The translations under genes and the position numbers were made by a program. Of a stretch of DNA of 64,000 nucleotides, positions 60,573 to 64,000 are shown in pieces. How positions within the stretch are numbered: the stretch's first letter is position 1; each line of letters begins with the position of its first letter. This DNA is from Amoebophrya sp. A120 (lineage: Eukaryota; Protista; Dinoflagellata), in contig CAJINV010000003.1 of the NCBI GenBank assembly GCA_905178155.1, positions 754,517 through 818,516 on the forward strand. Direction: 5' to 3'. Below the pieces are notes generated by a model, which saw only the letters and a program-made list of their open reading frames with translations, ran no database searches and was not told the DNA's origin.

Positions 60573-63500
60573 ATGAATCTTGGTGCTCTGTTTGCGCAGG
60601 CGCAGCGGCCGCGAATAACCGAGGCTGATTTGCTACGGGCGGGAGATGATTTCGGGAAACTAAAACAGCTCGGAAATGAGTGCTTCAAGGTTGGAGACTA
60701 CGCACTGGCCGCAAGAGCTTACCACAAGGCCTCCAAGCATTCAAAAAGTACGCCGTTTCTATTCGTTGTCGTTGAGTTCGAGATTTTTCATTTTTTTTTC
60801 ACTTCATCTTTCTTGTTGCTCTTGCTTTCGCATATTCATATAAAGATTCGCGTACCACTACAAGCCACTGAAAACAAAAGAAAACTGCTATTAATTTACA
60901 ACCTGTCCACCTTCCTTACTCCAGACGATACCGACAGTGGCACCTTGGCTTCGAACCATTCGTTATGGGGCGTGATTACGAGTACAAGTTAGTAGCTTTC
61001 CCGGCGGGTGTGAATTGTACTTGCATGATAACTCTCATCATGAAGAAAACCTGCTTATCTTGCAGCCTTTTTATCTACATAATTGCTATTTTTTTTCGTT
61101 TTATTCGCAGCTGCATCGACCACACTGACTACAAAGCAAAACTAAAAATCGCCTCGTCCGGAAAGTCACTCCACTTTTCGTTTCTTCCGAGAAGTCCATA
61201 CTTCTTTACCCTCCTGAAACTCGGTGAGCTCGAGGAGGCCCTGACGCAGGCGGAGGTCGCCATAAAGTTTCGGCCGGAGTGGGACAAGGGTTATTACCGG
61301 AAGATCAGCGCCCTGATCGCCTTGGAACGACCCGAAGAGTATCCAGTGCAAAAGCATCGTACTCGTATTGCAATCATGCACCATTACAAATTTCTTTCTT
61401 GAGGCCAGTCAGCATTACAATTTTTTTTTCTCATGCTGAGGAAATTTGTAATGCATTTATACGATTCGTGCGATTGCGATACTTTATTTGCAGTTCATAA
61501 AGAGGCAGAAAAGGTGCTAGACGACAATGCGAACATCTTCCCTTCCTCCCTCCGCGAGTCCCGCGAGGACCTCGTCGCCCTCGAGGAGCAGATCAAGGTC
61601 GCAAAGCTCCCCTGGCAGGAACTGGAGCCAAATGTGCAGCTCAAGGTCATCAGCGGCGAGCGGTCCGCGAAGGAATCCTACCTGGAAGACCTCGACGTTG
61701 TGTGGGTATCTATTTTTGAAAGATGGAAGCTTGTTTTGAATATTAACGACAGACGCACGACCCAAGGAAAAACGTCAAGCGCTGCAGCGCTTTTGCATGA
61801 TCATCTTGTAGTTCTCCAAGAAGAAGTAGAACTAGAAGACAACTCTGTCATACGATTGCGATATTAATGGTCGACGTAGTAGAAGTTTTCTACGAACTAC
61901 AACAAACATTACCATTCCCGTCAAAGAAAGAAATAAACCACATCGCAAGTAGGTCCACTACCGGGTGATAAATGGAAAGACGAAAGAGTTGCTGAACTCC
62001 ACACGTACGGAGTTCATTGGCGGGGAGAATCCCAACGCCGCCCCGCGCAACATCACGCTTGCCGAGTACGAGTGTCCGGATATCCTGGACGCCGTGCTTC
62101 GCCGGTTCGAGGACGGCGGCGAGGGGATCGTGCGCACCACCGGGCCGTGCTCCTACTACCCTGAGGAAGGAGGTGGAGAGCAGCTGCAGCACCTGGAATT
62201 CCAGTTTCAGGTCTACAAGCATGAAAAGGCGGTCACTCAGGCGACAGGTATAGTAATTTCTTGAACAGCTCCTAGCGCAAGTAGGAGTAGCGGATCAGAA
62301 TCATTGTCAATGGCCGTGAAGATGACGTTGAAGTCTTTTTTGCTACGTGCCCTCGCCTTCTGCTTCTGCTTGTGATCTTCTTATTTTTCAACAAATCTAT
62401 AAAATAAGACCAAGATTTGGATTTCCCATTTCGTCGCATAATTTCGATCTCCCAGCATGTGCATGAACTGAGCAATTCTTGACAGGCACGAAGGATGTCG
62501 CTGCGGATTCGAGCGCCGGCAGTGGCTTCTTGAATGGAGCTGTCAGCTCAAAAGAGAAGCTGGATACGTTCGTTATGATCTGCAGCTCAGAAGATGTTGT
62601 TGCATTCATCGTCTCATCAATCAGAGTTCTTCATTTGGATTGCATATATAGACACACAAGTATCTATACAGTTAGATGAAATAGCAATGGCTATATGGTG
62701 AACAAGTGGTTTTGAGGTCAAGCATAGGAGTAGAACTCGCGAAGAGAAATTGCAATCAAACGACGTCTGAGCATTCCATATTCCACCGCTCCAAGGCCGC
62801 AGCGGACCAGCAAGAGGCAGAGGCGCTCGAGGTCGCTTGGAGCGTGAAGAAAGGTGGTATGCTCGCAGCGCGCCGGTTCCGTCGCGCACTAGAGTTCTGC
62901 AAGCAGCTGTCGTCATCAAACAGCTCTCCTTCCAAAAGTGGCGGTGCTGGCGGTGGCAGCTCTTCGTCCAGCAAAGAAACATCCAGTACCGGAGTCTCGG
63001 CGCAGAGCGACGGCGATCAACAACCCGTCGGTACAACCGGCACCACTTCTACGGAAATAAGCAGCAAGCATCTGCGCGAGCTGGAGGTGAAAGCGAAACT
63101 GGGACTCGCGCGTTCGCTCGTCATCGCGCAACATGTGTTTGCGGTCGAGAAGGCCGACCGGGGGGACTTTGGCAAGGATCTGGTGAAGTTCCTGGCCTCG
63201 AAGGGGCACAAATCCGCCGTGGAACAGAGCGTGAGTACAGACGATATCAAATGCAAAAATGTCTGGGTCTGGAAGCTTGTGATGCTAAAATGTGCATGAT
63301 GAAAACACTTCCGAATGCAGTCCGGCATGACAACTTCCCAAAACGCTTTCTCGTAGGCAATCCGCATGAGAAAGTGCGTTTTTGCATGACAAACGAGGCT
63401 ACGACTTTTGTTGGTTATGCAATACAGATTTTCTAGGTATGGAAAGCTAGCATTACAAGTTCCAACCTTCCAGACCCAGACATTTTTACAATCCATAGAC

Positions 63501-64000
63501 GAGGTGGAAGAAGCATTGAACCTTGCGGACGACGTCCTGGCGACCGCTCCGGGTGGCCCCACCTGCGAGCACTACCTGGTCAAAGCAGAAGCGCTCAGTA
63601 TATGAATCACTTTAGTAGGATCAACTTCTGTTTTACCAGCAGTTTTACATTTATACTTCACTCGTGTTTATTTTAATCGGCTTCGGCTCCTCGTCATGTT
63701 GATCGCAGATGTGCATGTGTTAGCGCTGGACCGCCCGGTGCTAAAATGAATTCAAAGCAATTTCAAAGTGAATTCAAAATGCCAGCGTTTTTGATTTCTG
63801 GTTGGTTGTGCCTCGTCTATCAATTATACAAGACTGAGACTCGTGTCTCTAGTCGGTGTTCCACGACAAAAATAACTAACTACAGACGCACTCGACCGGC
63901 TGGAGGATTCCCTGGCGGCGATCGAGTATGCATTCCAAAAATGCCTGGGTCTGGAAACTTGTGATGCAAGAAAGGGAATAGTGAGCAAACTGTTATGCGC
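60573..64000 (+). CDS. TPR-repeat protein with FKBP-like domain (immunophilin/co-chaperone-like); multi-exon, runs off the window
   Basis: KQLGNECFKVGDYALAARAYHKA, LASNHS-FTLLKLGELEEALTQAEVAIKFRPEWDKGYYRK, VWVHYRVINGKTKELLNST; GT-AG introns 60748-60924, 61706-61952, 62248-?, 63598-63885 plus introners; exon structure at 62250-62780 uncertain. Confidence 0.8.
60964..61200. mobile_element. Degenerate introner (family D-like TATGG…CCATA), TSD eroded (TTCGT/CTTCT)
   Basis: Removing 242 nt restores the TPR register N-H-S-F-T-L-L-K-L-G; only the terminal 5 bp are clearly inverted. Confidence 0.55.
61340..61499. mobile_element. Introner (family B), TSD AAGAG
   Basis: TATCCAGTGCAAAAGCATCGTACTCG / GCGATACTTTATTTGCAGTTCATA; removal gives ERPEE-AEKVLD. 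Confidence 0.9.
63245..63497. mobile_element. Introner (family A), TSD GACGA
   Basis: TATCAAATGCAAAAATGTCTGGGTCTGGAAG / CTTCCAGACCCAGACATTTTTACAATCCATA; removal gives VSTD-EVEEALNLA. Confidence 0.92.
63927..64000. mobile_element. Introner (family A) left end, truncated by window edge
   Basis: TATGCATTCCAAAAATGCCTGGGTCTGGAAACTTGTGATGC directly after coding …LAAIE. Confidence 0.85.

Overview
Eukaryotic, intron-containing genomic DNA. All 11 credible protein-coding genes lie on the + strand. The one-way gene order and the many non-GT-AG introns made of inverted-repeat elements strongly suggest the parasitic dinoflagellate Amoebophrya (Syndiniales); this is an inference. Best-supported genes: a 13-exon, mitochondrion-targeted, bacterial-type aconitase B (6730-12053); an ankyrin-repeat protein; an SF1/UvrD-type helicase with a possible RelE-like N-terminus and three SH3-like repeats; a Patched-like sterol-sensing RND protein fused to an extra membrane domain; and a TPR/FKBP-like protein. 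The main hidden structure is a set of 17 MITE-like introner elements of about 140-330 bp (15 complete, 2 truncated) in at least four TIR families. They have TAY...ATA termini and 5-bp target-site duplications, and they share an internal GCATNACAA motif. Each sits inside coding sequence, and removing a complete element plus one TSD copy restores the reading frame. TSD mismatches point to a fixed 4+1 splice register. The window also has a ~3.4-kb GC-rich 18-bp satellite with 72-bp higher-order structure and fold-back junctions, a LINE 3' end at the window start, a one-base assembly gap (15724), and two unexplained +1 frameshifts in otherwise intact long genes.
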